DNA of 50,420 bases, the filler included, from Sphacelaria rigidula (taxonomy: Eukaryota): NCBI GenBank assembly GCA_964200075.2. It is 2 parts of 2 records of this genome, joined end to end, with 100 filler letters (N's around TTAATTAATTAA, not from the genome) between each part and the next. Parts side by side here need not be neighbours in the genome. Positions count along the whole stretch, not along the records: positions 25,266 to 50,420 come from CAXNAA020000178.1; 1 more part is not named here. One strand, written 5' to 3'. Made by a program: the position numbers and the translations under genes. Below the pieces are notes generated by a model, which did not search any database, was not told the DNA's origin, and saw only the letters and a program-made list of their open reading frames with translations. Positions 35,007-46,600 of this stretch are shown in pieces (within the stretch, counting starts at the first letter, position 1; the number at the start of each line of letters is the position of its first letter).

Positions 35007-35579
35007 CACGGTATTTTACACATCGGGGATGGATTTTTTATCGAGGATGAGAAACCCGGAGAATTAAAATATTCGTATCCACACCAAAATTTCGAAATCT
35101 AGTTCCATTTCTTCACTTGCTGGTAGCTATTGACAACTACTACACGCCATACAAGTTTGGATTCGATAACCGAAATGCTGGGGTCTTAGGTGAAAAGCCA
35201 ATTTTGGGTTCGATCGGATCACCTAAATTCCACAGTTTTTTTCTTCACCTTGGACCCCAACATGTCGATTATCAGGATCCAAATTTGTATGGCGTGTAGT
35301 AGTAGTACCGAAATATTGGGGCCCTAGATGAAGAGCCGATTTTGAGATCCGATCGGATCACCTAAACTCCACAAAATTGTTTCTTTGCATGGGACCCCAA
35401 CATGTCGGCCATCAGGATCCAAATTTATGTGGCGTGTAGAAGTTGTCAATAATAGCTACCGGTAGGTGTGAAGTAATGGAACTATATTTTTTGGAAGATT
35501 TGGGGTGAATACGAAGATTTTAACTGTCCGGGTTCTCATTCTCAATAAAAAATCCATCCCCAATTCGTAAAATCCGGTG
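35007..35579. mobile_element. Fold-back/MITE with ~160-bp imperfect inverted arms and an internal ~135-bp direct duplication
   Basis: Left ATTTTAC..GGGGATGGATTTTTTAT..TAGTTCCATT..CTACACGCCA is the reverse complement of the right end; 35170-35305 is repeated at 35308-35443 (CGATCGGATCACCTAAA, GGACCCCAACATGTCG, ATCAGGATCCAAATTT). Confidence 0.85.
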
Positions 35580-35868
35580 GTATTCCAAGGTGTCAACATC
35601 CGCCTAGCCCTCTTTTTGGGAGGAAAACGACAGAGAGGGATGAAAAGACACTATTCAACACGTTTTATTTGTTTATACATAAGAAGTAGCCTTAGTAGAG
35701 ATTCAGAAATTTTGCACACGTGTGGCTCAAGATATTTCCAAAGGCTGTATGAGTGCGGTCTGACACCGCCTCCTGGGACCCCCGATATCTGCCGGGATTT
35801 TGTTTCCGACAGATCCCATGCTTTCCAAGTATCTCAAACGCACCCGTGTGCTAAACTTCAGGGTCTAA

Positions 35869-36352
35869 GGCCGGATGTTATGGCACACAAATTTTTGGCC
35901 CACGGATTATTCACTTCTGGGACGTTTGACTCACTTTTTAATCCCCAAACAGGGAGAACCGCCAACACACGTCTCGGACACTTTGCATCACCCCATAGAG
36001 AGGAGCCCAGTCTGCTTTTCAGATTCACTTGGCTCCGAGGTTTCGAGATTGGCCCCTGATAAAAAATTCGTGTACAAAAATCTGTGCTTGTCGACCCCCG
36101 CCAGTTTGCCCAATAATCTGTGGAGATCGCCGCAGATTTTTTTGTTGCACACGGATTATTGTTCAGCGGCCGCTCTCGAAACCTTGGAGAAAAGTGAATC
36201 TGAGAAGTCGCCTAGGCTCCTCTCTGTGGGTGATGCAAAGTGTCCGAGACGTGTGTTGGCGGTTTTCCCTGTTTGGGGGTCAAAAAGTGAGTCAAACGTC
36301 GCAAAAGTGAACAATCCGTGGGCCAAAAATCTGTGTGCCATAACATCCAGCC
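35869..36352. mobile_element. 484-bp PIF/Harbinger (Tourist-like) MITE, nearly fully palindromic
   Basis: TIR GGCYGGATGTTATGGCACAC; TAA target-site duplication at 35866-35868 and 36353-36355; arms complementary for >200 bp. Confidence 0.9.
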
Positions 36353-36433
36353 TAACTAAAAAAACGGCGTGAGCTTTCGCTGAGGAATAAAATGCGGTCG
36401 TTCACCCTGAAGCGGCCTGCATCATCCAAATTT

Positions 36434-36500
36434 TACCGTGCATTTATTGCCGTGATGACTGGATACCGTGCATTCATTGCCGTGATGACTGGATACCGTG
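36434..36500. repeat. 30-bp tandem repeat x2.2
   Basis: TACCGTGCATTYATTGCCGTGATGACTGGA x2 plus a partial unit. Confidence 0.9.
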
Positions 36501-36939
36501 GCAAACGTTGCCAATCTCGGGAAGCCATACCGAAGTGAGCGTTGGTTTTGGTTTTACATAATTATTGTGCACTTACTAATTTACTGTTTAATTTCTTGTC
36601 TTTATTTAGCTTTTTCAGTTTCTTCTCACACTGTTTTCTCTTCTTCCCATTTAATTTTCATTTACTTCCGTTTATTTTCCTTCATGTGTCTTTTTGTTTC
36701 GTACTTCGTTTCATTTGTTGTACAGTGTCCATTTATTTAGTTTTCTCTCATTTTCTTCAAGTTTATTTTTAGTTTGATTTTATTTCAATTTTATTTTCAC
36801 ACCTATACGTTCCAGGGGGGTACGCGGATCGTATGCTGCCCCCCCACACACATCGGAGGTGGGGTACCCTGCCTCCGACGCCGCCTCATTTTGTAAAGGA
36901 TTCAGTATATGATCGGTATCATGAGAGTTTGTATCGCGC

Positions 36940-38730
36940 TTGGGGAGGGGGGCGCACTATTTGTTGCTTGCCTTAGTCGCTTGGTCGTTTGACCATCGAC
37001 CACGCATCCCTTTCGAGACGAAGCATCGTTCCTTCTTCTAATAGGGACACCTCCAACATCGCGGCGCTCATTACGTTCCTTCCATACATGGCACCAAAAC
37101 CTTTTACATATCGTATCCCCGTCCTGTTTCGCCGTCTGTGGCCACCATCTATCTCCTAGTATAACCATCATTTTCTCGCTACTATCTAATACATCAAACG
37201 ATTTCATGCCACCTTCGTTCACGTCCCGCATTTCCCTCTCTATCACATCCCCTCCGCCTGGTATAGTTCACATTCTGCAATAACTATATGACTTCTGTTT
37301 TCTATTGGTTTGCCACAGAGGCAGTTCTGTGCATCTACTTCCTCCTCCACACGACTACTGGTATACCTCTTCCATCTTTCTGGCAGGTCCAGGTCCCCCA
37401 CACGAAATCGCAGTTTCAATTTATTCGCCGCGTCCATAGGGCCATGCAGATATGTTTTCATTCCGATCCCCTCTCTCAACCCCCCGTATATCTTCAGGTG
37501 TTCTTCCTCGTCTACTTTGCGTCTGGGCGCTTCTTTTCTCCTTATTTCTATCATGTCTGTAGCCAAACGATACGAAGCCGTAGGTTTCGGTAATATGGCA
37601 TGCATGGTTGGAGCAGTGGCAGGGGACAGGGGATCCTGGATTGATGACCCTTACCTGTGTGGCCCCAGACAGTAATGTTGGAGGTGTCTCTCGTAGGAGT
37701 GGGAACGGTGGTCCGTCTTGAAAGGGATGCGTGATCAATGGTCAAACGACTAAGGCAAGCAACAAATGAGTGCGCTCCCCCCTTGCTGTCTGGCTCTTGA
37801 TGTGGTCTGTTGAGGATCACTCCGTGATAATAACAAGTGAGAAGAAAGGACTTGTCGAGCACGAGGCCAGTGACACTGGAGGAGTCCCTCGTTAAAGTCC
37901 TCTCGTCCAAATCGTCTGGCAGAGGCGACATGTCTCTTACTTTTGTCTTGTATCCCGCGCCTTCACCTTTGGACAGTATTTCGTCTTGGCTTCCTCCAAT
38001 CTCCTTCCATACTTTCGCGACTTCTTGGTTCCACCTCATTCCAGCGTGCCCTTTCGTACTTTTCTTCCATACAGCCTGATCAACTATAGCTGGCAATCTC
38101 TTTCTCTGCATGTTCTTTACGCTATATTGCCACCTCAATTTCCTCGTGTCTTTGTTTGTTTTAAGTGAGTACATTCCCAACTCTGCTCTCAAAACTGTAA
38201 TACTCGTCGTTTTCGAGCATCCAAGTATCTTCTTAGCTGCTTCCAGATGTACTGTTTCCAACTTCTTCACCAGTTTCACGTTCCCCTCCCATACTCCTCC
38301 TGCATACTCCAGCTTTGGTACGATCACGTTCATCAGGATATATCTCTTAATCCTAGCGTCTAGGCGCGAGTCTCTGAGGACCACGTCGGTCCTTCCTATC
38401 TGTGTCTTACCCTTTTTTATTTCTTTATATATATGTGCGTCTCAAGAGCAGTTTCTTGAAATCTCTACGCCAAACTATGTAAACTGGTCTACGATCTGCA
38501 GTTCCTCTTGTCCCCACTTCCACTTGAACTCTACCGGATTTTTCTCATCTTCGTCACAGACGAGTACCGCGCATTTGTTAACATTTGCTGTCACTCTCTC
38601 CATTTCCTGGTGTATTCTAGCGCCTTCTCTATTTGTTTTTGCAATTCTTCTGCTGTTCCTGAAATCCCCACAATATCATCTGTGAACATCAAACCTGATA
38701 TCACATCTTCACCCACTTTGACTCCTTGAT
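36940..38730 (-). mobile_element. 5'-truncated LINE retrotransposon (RT core to C-terminal Cys/His finger and 3' end), interrupted by an insertion
   Basis: GLMFTDDIV (RT FADD motif, ~38671-38695), ANVNKC, FTYFGV, PKLEYAGGVW, VLRAELG, LKLRFRVG, CLCGKPIENRSHIVIAEC; in-frame stop and frameshift present. Confidence 0.92.
37558..37930 (-). mobile_element. 373-bp TG..CA element inserted in the LINE with 4-bp TSD; same family as 15283-15540
   Basis: Plus-strand termini TGTAGCC...GGCGACA, flanked by TGTC at 37554-37557 and 37931-37934; removing it restores the LINE frame KTKVRDM-IEIRRKE. Confidence 0.9.
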
Positions 38731-38994
38731 TTGCGTTGGGGGAGGGGGGGGCGGGATGATGATCTGGTACCCTATCCCCCCCCCCCCCCCCCCTCCCCTG
38801 AGGGGGCCAAAAAAAAAACGGTTAGTAGGGATAGGGGAATTTTTTTTTTTCACCCCTGGTGACGATAAAGTGTACATCTCAGACTGTAAGTTCGAGCGTT
38901 GCTTTATAAAAAAAGAACACCCGGTCATATCACTCAACACTCAGCGCGCGCAACCGATCTCAACACGATTTACGGTTGCTCGATAACCCACGTG

Positions 38995-41550
38995 TGTATA
39001 CATAGGACCATGTAGAAACTTTCTTTCCCCTAGACTCTTGGTGGAGATATCTACTCGCTGCAATAGGTGTCGATGTGCTCCACAACTACCGTATTGTTCG
39101 TAATGAGTCATCTCACGTGGTGGAACGTGTCGGTGTGTTTGGTACGAGATAAAATCGTGTCAGCCTTACTGATCCTGATCGTGCCCATGTTCTCCTCGTA
39201 GATGGCCCTGAGAAGATGTCGCAATTGAGCGATCGTGTGATCAGCTTTAGACAGGGCCACGTGTTCCGCCACAGTTGTTGAAGTGGCGACTACGAGTACT
39301 GTCTGCAGTTCCGAAGTCCAGTCGATCGGTCCGCCTGCTAATCAAGTGCGTGGAAGATCCTGCCTGTCGTTGAAAAGCCCCATTCTTCTTGGTGTCCGAC
39401 AAAGTCGGAACTTACGTATTCATTCAACTCTTCTGCGAATTCGAGGTCCGAGCTGTATGTTTTTCCGACATCAATTTCCCCCTCTAAATACCTCATGGGT
39501 TGTTTCAGTCTCACTAAGGCCTTCGGTTCTGGCTTGGACATGCTCCTCGTCAGCATTATAAATAATTGCTGTGTGTGTTGTATCAAGTCTTGTCCATCTG
39601 CTCAGGTAGAGCAAAGCTCCGGTCGCTGAACGAACAGAAGCATATAGTGTATTCTGGCGAAAGAACATCCTCCTCGAGTATTTTTACCGTTCCTTCAGCT
39701 TGAGCTGACGTTGTCTGTGGCCGTGTGTTGCCCATGCCGTATATTTTGAGAACCGACCGAATTCGCGTACGTATCTCGCGTCAGCGTGACAGATCCGGTG
39801 TCGTCGTCAAGGATAATCTGGATACCAAGTAAAAAATTGGCGTCACCGATGTCCACGTTTCGAAACCTGCTCTTGAGCTTGTAGATGATATGTTCAATTT
39901 TGATCTTGTCGCTGCCACTCATTACGATGTGGTTTACGTGAAGTAGAAGAATGACACGGATTGATCATTCTCGCCCATGCGTACTTGAAGGCAAGCAGTC
40001 TTGATGTCCAGCATTCGTACACTGAATCCATTGCGTACCGCGTTGTCGATAACCACGCGAACTGACTCTAGAGAAGCGACTGGTGCTGCCTTGTCCGCTC
40101 CGGTGTCCAACTCGTGGAACCCTTCAACCACAGCTCTAGTCTTGAACCTGGCGGGTTTTCCATCACTGTCAAATTTCGTTGGGGAACAAAACCTTGACGG
40201 TATCACCTGACATTCATCGAGCACGTCAACCCAGTCAAAGACGTCGTGGCCGTATATGGATCTTGCCTCCTCTTTCACGGTCATACGCCAGCTAGCAGCA
40301 TTTGGTCCGCCAACCACCTCTTGATAAGTGCGAGGGTCACCCGACTGCCATGATATGATTCCCGAATCAGACAATTCAGAAGCTACACTTGCTTCTGTTA
40401 TCAGCGCGTACTCCGCACGATTGAACTCTTCGTCTTGTACATCAACTTACAGTGGCCGCAATGTTAGCCTCTAGGTGGTAGTTCGCGTTCACGCGAACTT
40501 TTCCTGATTGGAGGTACTACCATGGCTGCCGGCGCTCGCCTGGGAGATCGGGGCCCCGCCCTGTAGCGCGAGTCCGTCCAGGGTGTCCTCTGGGTCGTGA
40601 TCCTCGAGGAAATAATCTGATCTATCTCCAGGTGTCGGGATATCCCGAGCTTCCTTCTCACGAAAAGAGACCTCTGCACTGTTGATGATATTTTGAGGTT
40701 TATCACGGTCCCGGAGATACAATTGACCGCGCGTGCCATCAATTTTCCGTTCGTTTGGTGCTACTCGACATGTTTTAAAGCGGCGCAACCCCACTCGTGT
40801 AGGTGTTCCAGACTGCTAAGGGCCTTGTTTGACCGTACCTCAAGTGGAGCCTTGTCGTCTAAGTCGTCCGTCGGCGTGCGACAACGTAAATGAAACGCCG
40901 TTTACATACACGGCCTCAGCCCAAAGCGGGGTAGGAATGTAAGGGGCGCTGAGCATAGTACGGTCGATATTGGGCAAGCTAGGTAGGCGTTATGCATTTT
41001 CCAATGACGTGGAGATGAGATGTACTGTCACCTCCTCTCGCACAACACTCCCACGGAAAAGTAGACTATAATAGCACCTAGCTCAGGCACGCTCAGTACT
41101 TCCAGACTGGCAGGAATTAGTTTATCTTCGTCACCCGAACTGATCAATTCCGGCGTACCTTCGCGCTCCGCAAGTGAGTGTCCGAATGACCTATCTATGC
41201 GGATCCAGCAGTAGATTCTGTCGACCATATGGTTTTCCCAAAGTGGACTTTGTCGACACCGTGTGTACCGCCGCAACATTGTCGATGAAGACATTGTCTA
41301 CCCTGTAGATCTCGTCCCTTCATTCGTTACAGGAAACGCTGAGCAATATACTGTGGTGCCGGGGAGGTCTTGTTCCTGCGGAAGCACGCTCGTGGGCCCG
41401 TCAACTGTGATGTCAATCGATGTCGTCACGGTTTTCGGGTCCAGGCGTTCAACGGTCGGGTTGTTGCCATCGTTGTCGTCATTCCCAATCTGGGGATAGA
41501 GGATGACATTTTCGGCACCCGCGGTCGTTGCGACGTCCCCATCCAAGCGT
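38995..41550 (-). mobile_element. Degenerate Ty1/copia LTR retrotransposon internal region (protease-integrase-RT-RNase H), with deletions
   Basis: Copia domain order: LEVLSVPELG..FSVG; RTML..LWAEAV, HLHEWGC; DPRTYQE..ARFKTRAVVEGF..APVASLESVR..LDIKTACL; LLHVNHI (decayed YVDD); TGALLYLSRWTR; GGPIDWTS..STTVAEHVALS; IYEEN..RTKHTD. LTRs not delimited. Confidence 0.9.
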
Positions 41551-41729
41551 TTAACGTTCGATTGGCCAACATCATGGTTGCCTTTTACGATTTAAAGAAG
41601 CAAGATGACATTTTTACCACACCGTTGTCATCAAGAGAAGCCCGCGCTGTTTAAAGCATCGCCTGATCTCTGTTATGAGCCGCTGGGAGCTGCGATCCTC
41701 CGCGACCGGCAACGAGATCGTGCTCTTAC

Positions 41730-41793
41730 CTTCGGCGATGTCGCATCTCAAGCTTCGGCATTTTTTGCTTTTGAACTCCGAAGTGAAGAAGAG
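41730..41793 (-). CDS. Candidate 64-nt exon continuing the large minus-strand gene
   Basis: CTTGTAG|LFFTSEFKSKKCRSLRCDIAE-G|GTAAG; a phase-0 start fits a donor at 43330. Confidence 0.3.
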
Positions 41794-43329
41794 CTACAAG
41801 CAGGCAATCGACCACGTCGAGGCTCATAACCGGACATAACATATGCAGTAATAGATCGAGTGAAGAAGGGCTAGTACAGCCTCTGTGCAGCCTCACCGTA
41901 GCTGGCGCAGGCAAAGAAGATTTGGGTGTTTATTAGGTTCGAGCAGAATGATGACGCGACAGCCCCACCAGAAAAGTGGCTGGTTTGAGGAGCAAAAAAA
42001 CATGGGGATCAAATCACAAAAGCCGAGTTCACCGAGCAGCTGGGGACTCCCACGATTGGGATCATTTTCGCCAATGTCGCCCATATGAGGCGCTCCATGC
42101 AGTCTGGCACTAGCTACTATGTACTGTATGGTCCTTGTCTTGGAGACAGTTTGAGGGCTGGTTTGGGGGGTGTATTCATGATCATGCATGCCGGCTGGTT
42201 TGGGGGGGGGGGGGGAAGTCTATCACGGCATCAGACAGCAAATCGTAGCTCTTTCGGCAGTTTCGAAGAAACACGCCCATAAATGATACAAATGGTGTTG
42301 AACTCATAGTCCACGTACGGTTCACAAGAGCCGTTATTACTATTCACACTCTGTAATACAAAATATACCACCATGCCAGTATCCACTTTTGTACTGAATG
42401 TAAGGTTAGATTAACGTACTCGACGAAGTTATAGTTCAGGGAGCATATGAACCCCAGCACTGGCTACACAGAACGTTCCCATCATATTTTGCACGAGCCA
42501 TCGAGACGATTGGTCGAGAGAATGCTGTGCAATATGCGGCATATATAGTTCTACGCGAAGAGAGAGGGCAGATCTTGGTTTCCGCATGAACGAAATTTTG
42601 TGAACGGCTGACCGCAAGGGTCTGTCCATGTTCTGGCCGACGGGAAATGATCGATTGGTTTTTCCCGCACCGATGCTTCGTGTTGGCAACGCTTCATCGG
42701 ACAAGAAGTTCAACATGAGATACACCGATACCAACCCAGCGGAAACACTCACCTCTCATCTCTCTCGTTGGCGTGGCACAGTGAATAAATAATACATGAT
42801 AATGCTTCACTCGTCCACTCCACACTACAGCGTGTACTGGTCGACGAATCAATATGTTGTCGCACCTGCCGAGCATACAGTGGCGTATGCCATGTCCGAC
42901 TACATTGTAGCAGTGTACGGACGAAGTAGCGATGTCTGTAGAATCAGTAATAGGGACAGTTCATTTGTGGAGAGGCTCACACAGTACGAGCTGTCCCAAC
43001 TTCTCAGGATAGCAAACGCCCTTCATCACATCGTGTTCCGTGCGGCTACTACCCGGTACACACGTTGGTGCTGCATTTCTCAGCTAAACGAGCACATTCT
43101 GAGCGAATATCCGAAAGACTGGTGTACGTATTATTCGTCTGTTGCGTGCGTCGTGCGACGCCACTGCTCAAATAGCCACCCATGCGACGAACCAGTGTGT
43201 ATATGCGCATGCGATTGTACTGGCGTTGACCTATTTTCTATTTTAGACGGATGGTTTTCCGCGCTCTTCTGCCCCAGCGGCCCGCTCGCACCCATCCCCC
43301 CCCTCTTCCAACGCAAAGGCTTCCCGGAC

Positions 43330-43691
43330 CATGCTCCTTCCAAGCTCGAAGAAATACTCGGCCAAGTCGCGACCTTCGAATCGCATTCGTGCGTTCCTCT
43401 CAAACTCGTCCATGACCGGGGAACCTGTCGAAAGTACACTCGGATCTTCCGAGCGTGCTGCATCGCCGGCCTCGATGGCGGTGGGACTTCTCGCGCCGCT
43501 GGTGTCACTCTGTATTTGCTTCCACATTTCTAGGTTTTCCCTCCCACTGTCGAATGAGTTTGGGCCAGGAGGTGGTTCTCCATGACCATTTCTAGGAGAT
43601 GGTGAGTGGTCCATCCAGGCCGCTTTGCGATGAGCATCCCAACTGTCGGCCCTGTCCGAGGACGGTGATGGATGAAATCCTAGTTTCCTGT
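43330..43691 (-). CDS. Orphan gene exon (DRKLGFHPSP...EFERNARMRFEGRDLAEYFFELGRSM)
   Basis: CATCAG| phase-1 acceptor matches the upstream donor; the end is either ATG|GTCCG at 43330 or the stop at 43243. Confidence 0.6.
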
Positions 43692-46600
43692 CTGATGTAA
43701 ACGAACGAACGGATGAACCGGGGGTGCAGGGAGAAGTCAATAGTCTGGGTAGCGGGAATAGCTGCGGGCGGCATATCCAAGGCCAGGCAAGGCATATTAT
43801 TGACTACGAGCTGGGTCAGCAATAAATCCGCATTCGCAACTCACACCATAGCTTATCACGTTTACCAAATCAGCCCGACATGAGTATATCGGTGTGACCT
43901 GCAGACCAACGTGGTAACGCACGGGACCGCCGCTGAATGAAAGAAAAAAATGAAAAAAATGTACTGCATTGTGTGTCACCTAACCGACGGAACAAAAAAG
44001 AAGAATCCGTCGGGATTCGAACTCGTGGCCTCCATAACTGGAGTCAACTGCATCACTTGGATTAAATAAGCGCAGCCGTGCCACACGAAAAGCTGGATGC
44101 TGCGCCAATTTTCTGGAACTTTTTGCCGAAATTGCACCAGAGTCTCCTCCACACAAGGACGCACAACTACACTAGGGATGACCCCGTATTTCTTTTCATT
44201 TTCACAGAGTTATAGAATTTTTCTAGTTCTTGCAGAAACTTTATATCACTCTAACTTTCTGTTTTTTTTCTTCTTCTTGGCATCCCCGGGAAGGTTGTGC
44301 GCAGTGATGATAAAAATGTTGAGTCAAAATTCCGGCGCCCAACGCTTCGGATTACGCACTGCCCGGCCCGGATACATTCGCAAATCACTGTCAGCTGGCC
44401 CAGCTCGTATAACCTGTGCTCCAGCGCATGTTGGGTAATGCACTCAATGAGAAAATCAGAGAAAGGATCAGGTGAAAATATCAATGAGGGTATTTGCTGA
44501 GTCTGTTGATAATGTTTTTCTACCTCGTCCTGTCCCAGTGCTCTCACCTCGTTCGATTTGCGCCGTGGGGCCCACATCTAGAGAACGCGCGCGAGTGGTG
44601 GATCCCCTAACCAGCGTGTTCTCGCCATGAGCGAATCCCAACGCTTGCTGTTCTACGCGACGAATCGATATCTCCAAAGCAGAAACTCTTTCGAGGATTC
44701 CCGCCGCCGTCCATCTCTCAGTCGAACAACTGTCGCACCTACAGCCTTTCCCGTCTTCACCGGTACCTTCCTTCCTGGCCACGTGTGATTCGTCGTCTTC
44801 CAGCAGACTAATCGGAGGCCGTGCGTCATGCGAATTTCTGTGCAGCATCTCACTGGCAAACAACCGTCTTTTTTCGCTCTTGGCGCTTGTTGGCACCAAC
44901 AGCAACGCGTTGCCGATCTCATCACCGTTTATCCCGACAGCAGACTCGACATCTCGGTCCCAACCAACCGATCGGGAACGTTCCGGAGAGCTTCCACATA
45001 GTATTCCTCCGGTGCCGTTGTCGACTGAGTGCATGAAACCGCCACTATAGCGAGGAGTCGGCGAGAAAGGAGATAACTCGGCGGTCGCGCCTGTGCAAGA
45101 AATAATCGATGTTTTCGGTGTCCTCGGTGTTTTGGGTGTTCCTTGCCGACTACCTCGTCTTTGTGCCTCTGGTGGTGGAGGAGTGCGAGCAGACCACAGT
45201 ACTTCGCCCGGCACTACGTCAATGAGCATACCACCCTCGGGCCCCTTTTGTATTTTCGATGCCGAGACAGGTTCCTTCTCTTTGGAGAAGGCGACAGACG
45301 AAACGTTGTTGTCAGTGCTCTTGCCGTTGTTGTCCATGCCGTTGTTGCCATCAACCGCAAGGACGGAGATATTTCGGTGAGTGTCGTCGGTCACGGCGAC
45401 ATCTTGGACAGCGCAAGCTTGCATGCAGAGCTGGGGTCGAGATCGTGGTGAAACGTTTCGCTGCAACAACGTCGACGTTCGCGTCGACGTTCGCGTCGAC
45501 GTCCGCCGTGTCGGGGAGGGAGATGGAGGAGGGCCAGGGGGGGGCAGAAGGCGACGACAGTGGGGTACCCTACACTCCTCATGATCGGCATCGTCTTCCC
45601 CGGGATGAGGGCGAAGCGATCCACGCGCCAGAGCTTTTGTCGTTCTACCAGATGGCGAATCCATCGCGAATTTTCGCTGGGGCTGGGTGCCGTCGTTAGT
45701 TGGAACAGGCATGTCGATGGCGGTGTTGGGAGATCTGGTCGAATGCGGGGTCTCCACTAGTAATGACGTATTCTCCGTTGCCCCCGTATGCCCTTGAAAC
45801 AGTAGCGGAGCGCTTCTTGGGCTGGACGAACCCGTGGGGGCGTGGTAACGGGCGAGAAAGGTGGTGTGGGGTACAACGACACGGTAGTGTTTGTTTGCTC
45901 TGTTCGCACCTTGCGGAATGATTTCGGTAAGACTGGAGATGAGAGTCTTGACGCAGGATGCCCAGGAAGCTTCTTGAATGGGAGTTAGTTCTTATATACT
46001 CTGAAACATATTTTGGCGGCGGGTTTCCGGCTCGTGTACAACGCCCATGACAACAAATAGAACGAGTGCCCGATAATGTATGCTCTTTTTCGGGAAAATT
46101 CACACAACAACATTTAGCTCATGCCGCCCGTACATATCATCTCTCTTCTCAGTGGACCAAATACGCGACCCGGAAAATTTCTTCTTCCATACGAAACCTT
46201 TGTCACGACTCGGAAGATACAATAATAAATGATCACATCGGCAGATAATTCCACCTGGATTCCGGAGGGAAGCAACTGTTGGCGACATGGACGAAATTCC
46301 GTGTCCCTACAGATTCCTGCACCGCTTCTCGCTGCCGTCGCAAGCGTCGTTCATACCGACGTCGGGCGACAAGCCTTGGTGGCGAGAACAGAGCACCTTC
46401 CGCTGGGTCTGACCGCTCATCGGACATGTCACTGTCTGTTTCCCTACTGTGGGCCGCCACCGACAGTGATCTCCTCGGCGATGAGCTATGTGGATCAACA
46501 GGACGCGACAACGGAGAGGGCGGTGGCGACGGCGGCATCGTTGAGTTCAGCAACTCAGCTGATTTCAACAGTATTGATGTCTTCTCGATCTCCACGTTGC

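Noticed and set aside
36434..36500. 30-bp direct repeats (and the 20-22-bp repeats at 4874 and 14574) as a CRISPR-like array
   Set aside because: Units are head-to-tail with no spacers, only 2-3 copies, eukaryotic context, no cas genes.
37551..38384. 277-aa ORF as a LINE protein with a novel C-terminal domain
   Set aside because: The C-terminal ~125 aa are read-through into the inserted TG..CA element.
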